From NCBI GenBank assembly GCA_963832945.1, contig CAWHVV010000001.1, forward strand, positions 33,775-57,774: a stretch of DNA of 24,000 nt, read 5' to 3'. The position numbers and the translations under genes were made by a program. Shown piece after piece: positions 1 through 8,124 of the stretch. Positions within the stretch are counted from its first letter, which is position 1, and the number at the start of each line of letters is the position of its first letter. The notes under the pieces were generated by a model, which did not search any database, was not told where the DNA came from, and saw only the letters and a program-made list of their open reading frames with translations. This stretch comes from an uncultured Pseudomonadota bacterium. GTDB taxonomy: Bacteria; Pseudomonadota; Gammaproteobacteria; Coxiellales; Coxiellaceae.

Positions 1-645
1 AAGGGTATAGAATCGACGCAAACTGTATTGCGTTGTGAATTAGGTGTGTTTTCGGTAACGGATACACGATTGGATGATTTATATCCCTGTGATTATGAAG
101 GTTTGTTTGAGATTGAAGGATTCAGGCTGGGAACATTACCTTACAGGGATGGTATGACCATACAGTTTGGGATGATTGCCGATCTGAGACGATTTTCGTT
201 GTTCGATATAAAGGAAGACCGAAGAAGAGCCGCTGAAGAAGAAAGAAAACGGAAGAAGTTTTCTCAATGGCAGGTGATATCGTATGTGAAAGAAAAAGTG
301 ACTGCTGAATCCTCAACCAGTGATATTGAAGAGAATATCGCCCCGGAGGATTCCACTTCGGATTCGGAAAGCACTCTTTTTGAATCTCTGATGGACACTG
401 ACGAGAACTACATTGAAGTAAAGCCTCCTTTACAGATTGAACTGTCTCTGGTTTCGGGTATTAAATCAGTACCGGAAATAACAGCAGAGGATATTGCGTT
501 ATTTGGCGAGCGTTTTGAGTTATCGGCAACGATACAACTCGATGCCACCGAATCGCGTGAAAAGTTACGTCAACAGGGAGATCGCCTGAGACAATTTGGT
601 TATTGTTTTAATGCACAAGAACAAGTCTGGAAACGGGATGAATAA
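1..645 (+). CDS. hypothetical protein, 5'-partial (frame is open from base 1, so the TTG at 28 is probably not the real start)
   Basis: Uninterrupted frame from the window edge to TAA at 643-645. Charged KR/E stretch and acidic Ser-rich middle (EDSTSDSES). No family recognised. Confidence 0.45.
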   Translation, partial: KGIESTQTVLRCELGVFSVTDTRLDDLYPCDYEGLFEIEGFRLGTLPYRDGMTIQFGMIADLRRFSLFDIKEDRRRAAEEERKRKKFSQWQVISYVKEKVTAESSTSDIEENIAPEDSTSDSESTLFESLMDTDENYIEVKPPLQIELSLVSGIKSVPEITAEDIALFGERFELSATIQLDATESREKLRQQGDRLRQFGYCFNAQEQVWKRDE

Positions 646-700
646 TTCGGGTTTTTAACCTGATTAAATTCAATCACGAATTCAGATTTTTTTAAACAAA

Positions 701-733
701 CCCAATCGGGGAGAAAACTACTTCCCGATTGGG
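701..733 (+). promoter_or_regulatory. GC-rich intergenic hairpin (10-12 bp stem CCCAATCGGG / CCCGATTGGG), no adjacent T-run
   Basis: Perfect 10-bp inverted repeat read directly. Followed by an A/T-rich tract and CAGGAGAA RBS of the next gene. Confidence 0.3.
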
Positions 734-787
734 AATGACGTGGTTTCTCTCTGATTTTTTAATTTTTAATTTAAAAATACAGGAGAA

Positions 788-1885
788 ATGACGATGATGT
801 TTCAACGTTTAGCAAGAAACTTTGTAAAAAATGGCTATTTTCCAACGGATGAAGTGACCTTAGCACGGATACTCAATGTTCTTGCGCCTGCATCCGAAGG
901 CAATATTGCTATTTTTGACCCCACTGCGGGAGAGGGCGTCGCACTGGCTGAATGCAAACAGCATTTGAGTGTAGAGCGTACCCGCTCTTACGGGATTGAA
1001 ATTGATGAAGAACGGGCGTATCACGCCAAGACCTTATTAGATGATTGTATTCATGGCGATTTAATGGATTGCGTGATCGACCGTCACAGTTTTGGTCTAC
1101 TGTTTTTCAACCCTCCTTATGGGGATTTAAGTGCCGACAAAACGGGTGAATCCACCCGCACAGCAGGTCGCGAGCGATTAGAGAAATCTATGTATCGGCG
1201 TGTCTGTGGCCTAGTACAGCCGAACGGGGTGATGGTAATGATTATCCCGGCTCATGCCTTGGATAAAGGGTTTGCTCAAACTTTATCGGGACATTGGCGG
1301 CGGGTGCAGGTTTTTCTCGCGCCGGAACAAAAATACAAACAAATCGTATTTTTGGGAATCCGTGGCGTGCCGGAAGACACTGAAGCTCGCAGCGTGTATC
1401 GGCAATTGGTAGAGATTGGCCAGGGGAGACTCCCGATGGAGTTGCCTGAATCCTGGACGGATGTGCCTTATGTCGTACCGGCGACGCCGACCCCCCAGGT
1501 GATGATGCGATTGCATACGATGGACGCCAGGCAATTGGCAGAAGCCATTCAGCAATCGCCTGGCTTGTGGACGCAATTTGCAAGGCGGTTTGAGTGCGGA
1601 TCTCAACCCGTGCGGCGACCCTTAACGGATTTGTCGCAATGGCATCTGGCCTTGGCGTTAGCCGCAGGCCGTGTGTCCGGCGTTATTAAGAATCAAGAGG
1701 GGCGCGCTTACCTGATTCGTGGCAGCACTTACAAAATGCAGCAAGAAATGATTGAAACTACAGAAGATGACGAAGGTCAAATTCGAGAACAGAAAATTTT
1801 GCTGGATCGGTTTGTGCCGGTGCTGCGGGCGTTAGATATGACGCCAGGCAGTGCTCAGTATGGTCAAGTGTTGATGCTTCGATAA
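788..1885 (+). CDS. N6-adenine DNA methyltransferase-like protein (true start more likely ATG 794/797)
   Basis: SAM-binding motif I IFDPTAGEGVAL, followed ~60 aa later by catalytic motif IV FFNPPYG. AGGAGA at 781-786 is too close to ATG 788. Confidence 0.8.
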   Translation: MTMMFQRLARNFVKNGYFPTDEVTLARILNVLAPASEGNIAIFDPTAGEGVALAECKQHLSVERTRSYGIEIDEERAYHAKTLLDDCIHGDLMDCVIDRHSFGLLFFNPPYGDLSADKTGESTRTAGRERLEKSMYRRVCGLVQPNGVMVMIIPAHALDKGFAQTLSGHWRRVQVFLAPEQKYKQIVFLGIRGVPEDTEARSVYRQLVEIGQGRLPMELPESWTDVPYVVPATPTPQVMMRLHTMDARQLAEAIQQSPGLWTQFARRFECGSQPVRRPLTDLSQWHLALALAAGRVSGVIKNQEGRAYLIRGSTYKMQQEMIETTEDDEGQIREQKILLDRFVPVLRALDMTPGSAQYGQVLMLR

Positions 1886-1892
1886 GGAGACT

Positions 1893-2519
1893 GTGATGAC
1901 TGACATTAAAGAAATGAAAAACCATTTTTTGCAATCAGATAACTTAACGGGTCTCTGGATAGATGCATTGGCCATAGATCAGGAGTCACAACTGCTCTTT
2001 TTGTCGGCATGGGGAAGTGAAACGGTGGTTCAGAACTGCCGGGCGCGCTTTTCCTTGCCGGTGAGCGAAGGCGGCTTACGCCGCTTTCGACTGGATGACG
2101 GGCCTTCTCGTTGGACGAGTGTGCAAGTGCGGGTTGATCAATCGGAGCGTTATGAGCAATTGACCGGTCGGCCTTCGGGTCAATCGCGTTTTTTGCATTT
2201 GACGCACCTGTGGATGTTTCCCCGTCTGGCATTACAGCCGGACAGCGCGAACTGCACGGCCTTGTTATTCCAGCGTCCGGCGGAAACGCAGGCAGCTTGG
2301 GAAACTCGATTGTGGCAGGCGGTGCAAACTGTTTGTCCCGTGCCGTTGCATCCTTCTTGGCGGAGTGTCATGGCCTGGTTTACACAACAAGGCTGGGTAT
2401 CTCACCACAGAGGGTTTCAGGTCAATGCTTGCTCGCTGCGATTTCCTGAAAAGGAAGTCCAGGCTCTGATCACTCAGGGCATTCGGTCAGGTCATTTGAC
2501 CTTACCGACGGTGCATTGA
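1893..2519 (+). CDS. hypothetical protein (208 aa; ATG at 1896 is the likelier start)
   Basis: AGGAG at 1885-1889 overlaps the upstream stop. GC-rich codon usage is consistent with the flanking genes. No recognisable motif. Confidence 0.6.
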   Translation: MMTDIKEMKNHFLQSDNLTGLWIDALAIDQESQLLFLSAWGSETVVQNCRARFSLPVSEGGLRRFRLDDGPSRWTSVQVRVDQSERYEQLTGRPSGQSRFLHLTHLWMFPRLALQPDSANCTALLFQRPAETQAAWETRLWQAVQTVCPVPLHPSWRSVMAWFTQQGWVSHHRGFQVNACSLRFPEKEVQALITQGIRSGHLTLPTVH

Positions 2520-2533
2520 CGTGATGACCAAAA

Positions 2534-2560
2534 CCCGTAGGGGCTGATTTCCCCTACGGG
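2534..2560 (+). promoter_or_regulatory. GC-rich intergenic hairpin (CCCGTAGGGG-7nt-CCCCTACGGG); T-runs begin ~17 nt downstream
   Basis: Perfect 10-bp inverted repeat. Same layout as 701-733: hairpin, A/T-rich tract, CAGGAGAA RBS. Confidence 0.3.
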
Positions 2561-2628
2561 AAATTGGCGTCTACTGGTTTTTTGTTTTTTTTATTTTTAA
2601 AAAAAACTTTAATTAAACCAGGAGAACA

Positions 2629-4685
2629 ATGATGTTAAATCATAATGAAGTGAATCATCTCAATCAAAATGGGATGAATACAGTGAAACCACCGATCATC
2701 ATTCCAGCGGTGACGCTGGATGCGGAAGATTTGCGCGAATTAGCTGCGATTCGGGAGCAGAGTCAACAAGGCCAGGAAAACCCACCAGAGACACTCTCGT
2801 TAGCGGCGTTTGTGGAAGACTTCGGGTCGGGATTGATGGAAGCCGTGAGGTCACAAAATCCCCCGATTTTTACGGGAGAAACGAAACCCGCGCGTGAAAC
2901 CCTGCTGGCCGGGCTGAAGCGGAAATTATTTTCCGCTCAAGCCAAAGCTGTCCATGCGGCCACTACATTACTGTGTGATCATGATGAAAAATCAGCGATC
3001 ATTAACGGAGAGATGGGCGTGGGCAAGACCAGCGTTGGAATTGCTATTGCTGCCTTGCTTCATGCAGAAGGTTATCCGCGCACGTTAATTTTGTCACCCC
3101 CGCATTTGGTGTACAAATGGCGAAGAGAAATCCTCGACATGGTTCCTCAAGCGGAGGTAGTGATTTTAAACGGTGCGGATACGATCAACACCCTGCAACG
3201 GTTACGCCAAACGGCTGACCATCCACCGACGCATCCGGCCTTTTATATTTTAGGTCGGGTACGATTGAGGATCGGGCATCATTGGCGAGTGGCGGTTCAA
3301 CCGCGATTAGCCGGTGCAGTGCTGCGTACCCCGCAAGATGATCGGCAAGCGGAAGTACATCCTCAATACGATTTGCGACAGCGATTCGCCAGTTGCCCGC
3401 AATGCATGGCTTTGGTGAAAAGTGCTTTGGGTACGCCCGTGTTAATGGAGCACATGCCGACCCATCGGAAAAAATCGTGTGAGTCTTGCGGTTCTCCGCT
3501 ATGGACGCAGGTTCATCCTCAATCTTTGGTGGGTGAATCGCCATCGGTGTTAAAAACTTTGTGTCAATTGCCGGGTATCGGTGAAAAACGAGCGCAGCAA
3601 TTGATTGGGCGATTTGGTGAGCGATTTTTAGAGCGTTGTTTGAGTGATAACATTCAGCAGTTCGTCCAGTTGATGGATGAAAAGGGTGAATTTATTTTTT
3701 CAGACAAACAGGCCGCTCAATTGTCGCGTGCATTAGCTCGCACGGAAATTACGCTGGGTCAATCCGGTTATCAAGCATCGGAGTACATCAAGCGTTATTT
3801 GCCGAAGGGTTTTTTCTCGCTGCTGATTGCGGATGAGGCGCATGATTACAAAAGTGCGCACAGTGCCCAGGGGCAGGCAATGGGGGTGTTGGCTGATCAG
3901 GTCAAAAAAATCGTGTTGCTGACTGGAACCTTGATGGGGGGTTATGCGGATGATCTTTTCTTCTTGCTGTGGCGGATTTCACCGCGCAGAATGATGGAAG
4001 ATGGTTATCGGTATAATAACCGCCGTTCCCTGGGTTCGGCAGCCATGGCTTTTTTGGAAACGCACGGGGTGTTGAAAAAAACATTCCGTACCCACAAAGA
4101 AGACGGCGATTTTCGCACTTCTAAAGCGAAGCGGGGATCGATGCACGTGACCAAAGCACCTGGCTTCGGCCCACTGGGTATCATGCAGTATTTATTGCCG
4201 GTGACGGTATTTATTAAACTGCGGGATATCGATGGACAAATATTGCCGCCGTATACGGAACGTTTGATTAACGTAACAATGACGGAGCAGCAATACGCCG
4301 AATATATGCCTTTGGAGCACAAGCTTACAGAAGTGTTGCGTGCAGCCTTGAAACACGGTGATCATTGCCTTTTGGGGGTGGTGATCAATTGTTTGCTGGC
4401 TTGGCCGGATTGCTGTTTTCGGGAGGAGATCGTGCGCCATCCGCGCAAAGAGATCATCCTGAAAAGAGTCCCGGTGGTCTTAAATGATGATGCTTCTCCT
4501 AAAGAAGAGGCCATGATTAAGCTCTGCCTGGATGCTAAAAACGCCGGACGCCGGACGTTACTGTATACGGTCTATACCGGTACACGTGATACTACGGGTC
4601 GGTTAAAAAGTCTGCTGGAACGAGCGGGCTTAAAACCGGTGGGATTGCGTGCCAGTGTAGCGGCGGATAAGCGCGAGGAGTGGCT
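2629..4685 (+). CDS. SF2 (SNF2/DEAD-like) helicase, exon 1 (motifs I-IV); 3' end is the 5' splice junction, uncertain by about 6 nt
   Basis: Walker A GEMGVGKTS, motif II LLIADEAHDYK, motif III LTGTLMGG. Between motifs I and II sit a CPQC...CESC zinc-ribbon-like pair and an HhH-like LPGIGEKRAQQLIGRFG. The frame runs into intron sequence and stops at 4702-4704. Confidence 0.8.
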
Positions 4686-5282
4686 GCGACATAAAGCTAC
4701 TTAAGTAATTGTTTACTTGTGAAACAAGGTTAAACCTGTTGTTCTGTCAACAGTAGCCTACCGACACATGCGAACTTAGTAATAAGTTGGTATGTAGCAA
4801 GTCGGGACAATGCAATCAAGCCGTAAGGCTACCTGAAAGTTGTGAAACTGTAAGGTCATCTGCAAGCATCAACGCGGATGGGATGCTAGGCTGGGTGGTA
4901 TGGCTAATGTATGTGAACTGCTGATAAATATCGTTACGCGTGATAAGCCAAAGATGCTGATAGGCTTAAACCAAAATGGTAAGTAGTTAAGTTATTCCCT
5001 TCCAATCTGGGAATACACAGATAATAAACTACCGGTAGATAGGCAGAGCCTAACCCACCTGGTTGCTTAAGTAGAACGTGGTAAGCCCGTATTTTTCCCT
5101 TTGGGAAAGCGAATCGTAAGGTGAGCTGATGGAAATGCGGGTAAAACATAGCGGAGGAAGCGAAAGTTTATCTGTAATGGATAAAATAGAGATTGAAATA
5201 TTATCTCCCACGAAAGTGGGCAGACTTCCGCTTGGTCTTTCGTTACAAGAAAGTTTGTAGAACTTTAGCAAGGAGAAAGCAA

Positions 5283-6986
5283 ATGGACGTTGAGCAATCA
5301 GCGTGTGCATCCCCTGACTATGATACGCATTGGCACAGCATTGACTGGGCGCGATGCCATCAAATGGTTAAAAAGCTGCAATCACGTATTGTAAAGGCAA
5401 CACAGGAAGGTAAACCAGGCAAGGTGAAAGCTTTGCAATGGATACTGACCCATTCGTTTTCCGGCAAAGCGTTGGCGGTAAAACAAGTGACTGAAAATAA
5501 AGGCAAAAACACACCCGGAGTAGATCAAGAAATCTGGTCAACCCCGGCGGCCAAATCTCGCGCCATTTTGTCGCTTAAGAGACGTGGCTATACGCCACAA
5601 CCTCTGAGACGGATTTACATTCCGAAGAACAACGATAAAAATAAGAAGCGCCCTCTTTCAATTCCTGTCATGAAAGATCGGGGAATGCAGGCTTTGTACT
5701 TGCTTGCATTAGAACCGATTGCAGAAATGAAAGCGGATAAAAATTCTTATGGATTTCGCCCCAAGAGATGTACAGCAGATGCTATGGCACAATGTTTTAT
5801 TATATTGTCCAGAAACTTTTCTGCAAAATACATCTTGAAATGTGATATCAAAAGTTGTTTCGACAAAATAAGCCATAAATGGTTGATAGACAATATCCCT
5901 ACGGATAGAGCAATTCTACAGAAATGGCTAAAGGCTGGATTTATGGATAAAGAAATTCTTCACCCAATGGAATCCGGGGTATGTCAAGGTGGAATTATCT
6001 CACCTTGTATTACAAATTTGGCTCTGGATGGTTTAGAAGATTTGTTGTTAAGAAAAGATTCTGAGAACAAAAGGAACAACAAAAAAATCCATTTGGTCAG
6101 ATGGGCGGACGATTTTATAATTACTGGAAACACCCAAGAGATACTAGATCAAGAAATCAAACCACTAGTGTCTAAATTTTTAGGAGAAAGAGGTTTAGAA
6201 CTTTCACCAGAGAAGACTAAAATCGTCTACATTGATGAAGGATTTGATTTCCTCGGACAAAACATAAGAAAATATAAAGGGAAATTATTAATTAAACCAT
6301 CTAAGGAAAATACTAAATCTTTTTTGAATAAAGTTCGTGGAATCATTAAAAGTAATAAAGCATGCGCTACAGTGAACCTAATTGGACTCCTCAACCCAAT
6401 CATTTTGGGCTGGGCTAATTATCACCGACATGTAGTAGCTAACGAAACTTTTAAGGACGTAGATTCTGAGATATGGCGAAGTTTATGGCAATGGGCAAAA
6501 CGCCGGCATCCAAAAAAAGGTAAGATGTGGATTAAAGATAAATACTTTAAAAATATTGGAACTAGAAATTGGGTATTTTCGGCGAAGACAGGATTATTTC
6601 AACCGGATGGCAACCCAAAATGGATAACGTTGCGTAAAGCCAGTGACATTCCAATTAAACGATATGTTAAGATCAAAGCAGAAGCTAATCCTTTTGACCC
6701 TGCATGGGAACACTATTTTGAAGAACGTCTCAATTTCAAAATGCGTGATAACCTGCAAACGAAAAAGCGATTATTAAATCTTTGGTCAAAACAAGCGGGA
6801 AAATGTCCCTGTTGCAGACGGAGCATAGAGGAAGAAGAAGGATGGCATGTTCATCACATTCTACCGAGATGCAAAGGAGGCAAAGACACATTAGACAATC
6901 TGGTGTTGGTACATCCGAATTGCCATAGACAAATACACAGCCAAAATTTAACAGTAGTGAAACCGGTTTCCGTCAAGAAGCTTTGA
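5283..6986 (+). CDS. Group II intron-encoded protein: reverse transcriptase / maturase (X) / DNA-binding / HNH endonuclease
   Basis: AAGGAG at 5271-5276 then ATG 5283. N-terminus KALQWILTHSFSGKALAVKQVTENKGKNTPGVDQ, RT motif RWADDFIITG, thumb/X LNPIILGWANYHRH. HNH region CPCC...HVHHILPRCKGGKDTLDNLVLVHPNCHRQIH. Confidence 0.92.
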   Translation: MDVEQSACASPDYDTHWHSIDWARCHQMVKKLQSRIVKATQEGKPGKVKALQWILTHSFSGKALAVKQVTENKGKNTPGVDQEIWSTPAAKSRAILSLKRRGYTPQPLRRIYIPKNNDKNKKRPLSIPVMKDRGMQALYLLALEPIAEMKADKNSYGFRPKRCTADAMAQCFIILSRNFSAKYILKCDIKSCFDKISHKWLIDNIPTDRAILQKWLKAGFMDKEILHPMESGVCQGGIISPCITNLALDGLEDLLLRKDSENKRNNKKIHLVRWADDFIITGNTQEILDQEIKPLVSKFLGERGLELSPEKTKIVYIDEGFDFLGQNIRKYKGKLLIKPSKENTKSFLNKVRGIIKSNKACATVNLIGLLNPIILGWANYHRHVVANETFKDVDSEIWRSLWQWAKRRHPKKGKMWIKDKYFKNIGTRNWVFSAKTGLFQPDGNPKWITLRKASDIPIKRYVKIKAEANPFDPAWEHYFEERLNFKMRDNLQTKKRLLNLWSKQAGKCPCCRRSIEEEEGWHVHHILPRCKGGKDTLDNLVLVHPNCHRQIHSQNLTVVKPVSVKKL

Positions 6987-6993
6987 AAGGCTT

Positions 6994-7066
6994 GAGCCAG
7001 CATGACAGGAAACTGTCCCGTGCGGTTCTTAGGGGAGGGAGTGGCAGCAATGTCACTTTCTTACCC
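6994..7066 (+). ncRNA. Group II intron domains V (6994-7028) and VI (7032-7066, bulged branch-point A7063)
   Basis: DV: GAGCC-A-GCAU-GACAG GAAA CUGUC-CC-GUGC-GGUUC (AGC triad, GAAA tetraloop, 2-nt bulge). DV has one extra unpaired A relative to the usual 34-nt form. DVI: 15 bp including G-U pairs, GCAA loop, single bulged A 8 nt before U7071. Confidence 0.8.
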
Positions 7067-7071
7067 GGTAT

Positions 7072-7424
7072 TGCCGACCAGGTGGATCGGGACATTGACG
7101 TCCTAATCTGCCATCCTGAGCTGGTAAAAACCGGCTTGGATTTGCTGGCATTTCCAACCATCGTGTTTATGCAAACTGGGTTTAGCGTCTATACGCTGAT
7201 GCAAGCGTCGCGCCGTAGTTGGCGAATTGGGCAGAAACAAGCGGTGGAAGTGTATTTTCTCGGCTATGAAGACACGGCACAGATTCGGTGTCTGTCGCTA
7301 ATGGCTAAGAAAATCGCGGTCACGCAATCGACTGCTGGAACCAATGCCCGATACCGGACTCGACATTTTGAATCAAAATGCCGATAGTATCGAAGTGGCT
7401 TTGGCGAAGCAGTTAGTGCAGTAA
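7072..7424 (+). CDS. SF2 helicase, exon 2 (motifs V-VI), with an apparent +1 frame change near 7338-7343; the gene may be a pseudogene
   Basis: ADQVDRDIDVLICHPELVKTGLDL and QASRRSWRIGQ (motif VI) in the 6983-7387 frame. That frame ends in a basic tail at 7387. The +1 frame from 7344 reads MPDTGLDILNQNADSIEVALAKQLVQ* and stops at 7422-7424, just before the terminator. Confidence 0.7.
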
Positions 7425-7430
7425 CCATTA

Positions 7431-7469
7431 AATACCTCGTTTCTCTCTGGGAAATGAGGTATTTTTTTT
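7431..7469 (+). terminator. Rho-independent terminator
   Basis: 13-bp stem AATACCTCGTTTC / GAAATGAGGTATT (one G-U), 7-nt loop, then a T8 run. Confidence 0.8.
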
Positions 7470-7530
7470 GATAATAAATTTTATCCGTTGTGAATCCGCT
7501 CTTGAAATATAAAAATACGCCCCCAATATT

Positions 7531-7899
7531 TCATACAGAAAGAACAAAAGATTTTGTTTTTAAAACATAATAATGAGGGAAAATTGAATGACCGATGTGA
7601 TGGCAATGATTTCCGTCGAAGATGGCAATATAAACAGACTGCCCGGATGAAAAAAATAATTTAAATAACCAGTGACTAATGATAAATAAATCTATTTTGA
7701 AATACCGCAGAAAACGGTAAAGCCGTTTATAGCGTGAACTAATTTGCTCTTTCCCTCCTAGACCCAATGCCAACTCTTGCAAGTTAACATTTCGTACTTT
7801 AATCATGGAAAGAATCGCTTTGCTTAAACAATCCAATCGCCATTTATTCCAATTTAATACTTCACCCAGTATAATCGTCAATGCGCTGATTTGTTCCAT
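7531..7899 (-). pseudogene. IS4-family (IS10-like) transposase, N-terminal fragment only
   Basis: The first ~95 aa (LNWNKWRLDCLSKAILSMIKVRNVNLQELALGLGGKEQISSRYKRLYRFLRYFKIDL...) follow the N-terminal pattern I recall for IS4-family transposases. The ORF then degenerates before the DDE region (YIAIFDGNH...) and stops. Confidence 0.5.
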
Positions 7900-8041
7900 C
7901 TTATGTCCTTTTTACTTAAAACTAAAATTAATCAGACATATTTCGTTATAAATCAGCGTCTTGCTCAACCCCTTCCAGTCATACTCTTATTTCCTTTAAA
8001 AAGTGTCCAGTACAAAGCAATATGCCTGCATCGGTGACAGG

Positions 8042-8098
8042 CTTAAGCATTTCTTAAGAAAAATAATCTTGACAAAACTGACAAAGCTGGAGCATAAG
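8042..8098 (+). promoter_or_regulatory. Conserved upstream region: CTTAAG-N5-CTTAAG (8042-8058), TTGACA (8069-8074), CATAAG -10-like (8093-8098)
   Basis: Read directly and conserved in copy 2. Assigning the -10 is weak because spacing differs between copies. Confidence 0.3.
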
Positions 8099-8124
8099 AG
8101 ACTTTAATTTTATGGAGATTTTTT

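Larger units (their letters stand above)
4684..7071 (+). mobile_element. Group II intron (IIB/chloroplast-like flavour by IEP sequence), sense orientation inside the helicase gene
   Basis: UGCGAC at 4685-4690 resembles positions 2-7 of the GUGCGAC 5' consensus. ~600 nt of ORF-less structured sequence, then an RT-maturase ORF in the domain IV position. Domain V and VI hairpins, and a GGUAU 3' end at 7067-7071. Confidence 0.85.

Noticed and set aside
1242-1606. Two minus-strand ORFs (113 and 107 aa) inside the methyltransferase gene
   Set aside because: Antisense shadow ORFs in GC-rich coding sequence. They give Arg/Pro/Ser-rich low-complexity translations with no RBS, and the plus-strand gene has clear catalytic motifs.
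1906-2449. ORFs 1906-2232(-), 2180-2371(-) and 2210-2449(+) overlapping the 208-aa gene
   Set aside because: All are nested in a longer ORF that has an RBS and operon context. Their composition-driven open frames are typical of GC-rich DNA.
3185-4440. Minus-strand ORFs (119, 60, 105 and 82 aa) inside helicase exon 1
   Set aside because: They lie antisense to a gene with unambiguous helicase motifs and have no independent support.
5193-5282. Upstream extension of the intron RT ORF (track start 5193)
   Set aside because: There is no RBS at 5193. ATG 5283 is preceded by AAGGAG, and the RT homology begins there. The extra 30 codons are domain IV RNA read in frame.
4934-5310. Minus-strand ORFs 4934-5149 and 5050-5310
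   Set aside because: They lie in intron domains I-IV, which is structured RNA. The region is better explained as ribozyme sequence.
6983-7071. First ~30 codons of track ORF 6983-7387
   Set aside because: This stretch is intron domains V and VI that happen to be open in the exon 2 frame. Helicase sequence starts at about 7072.
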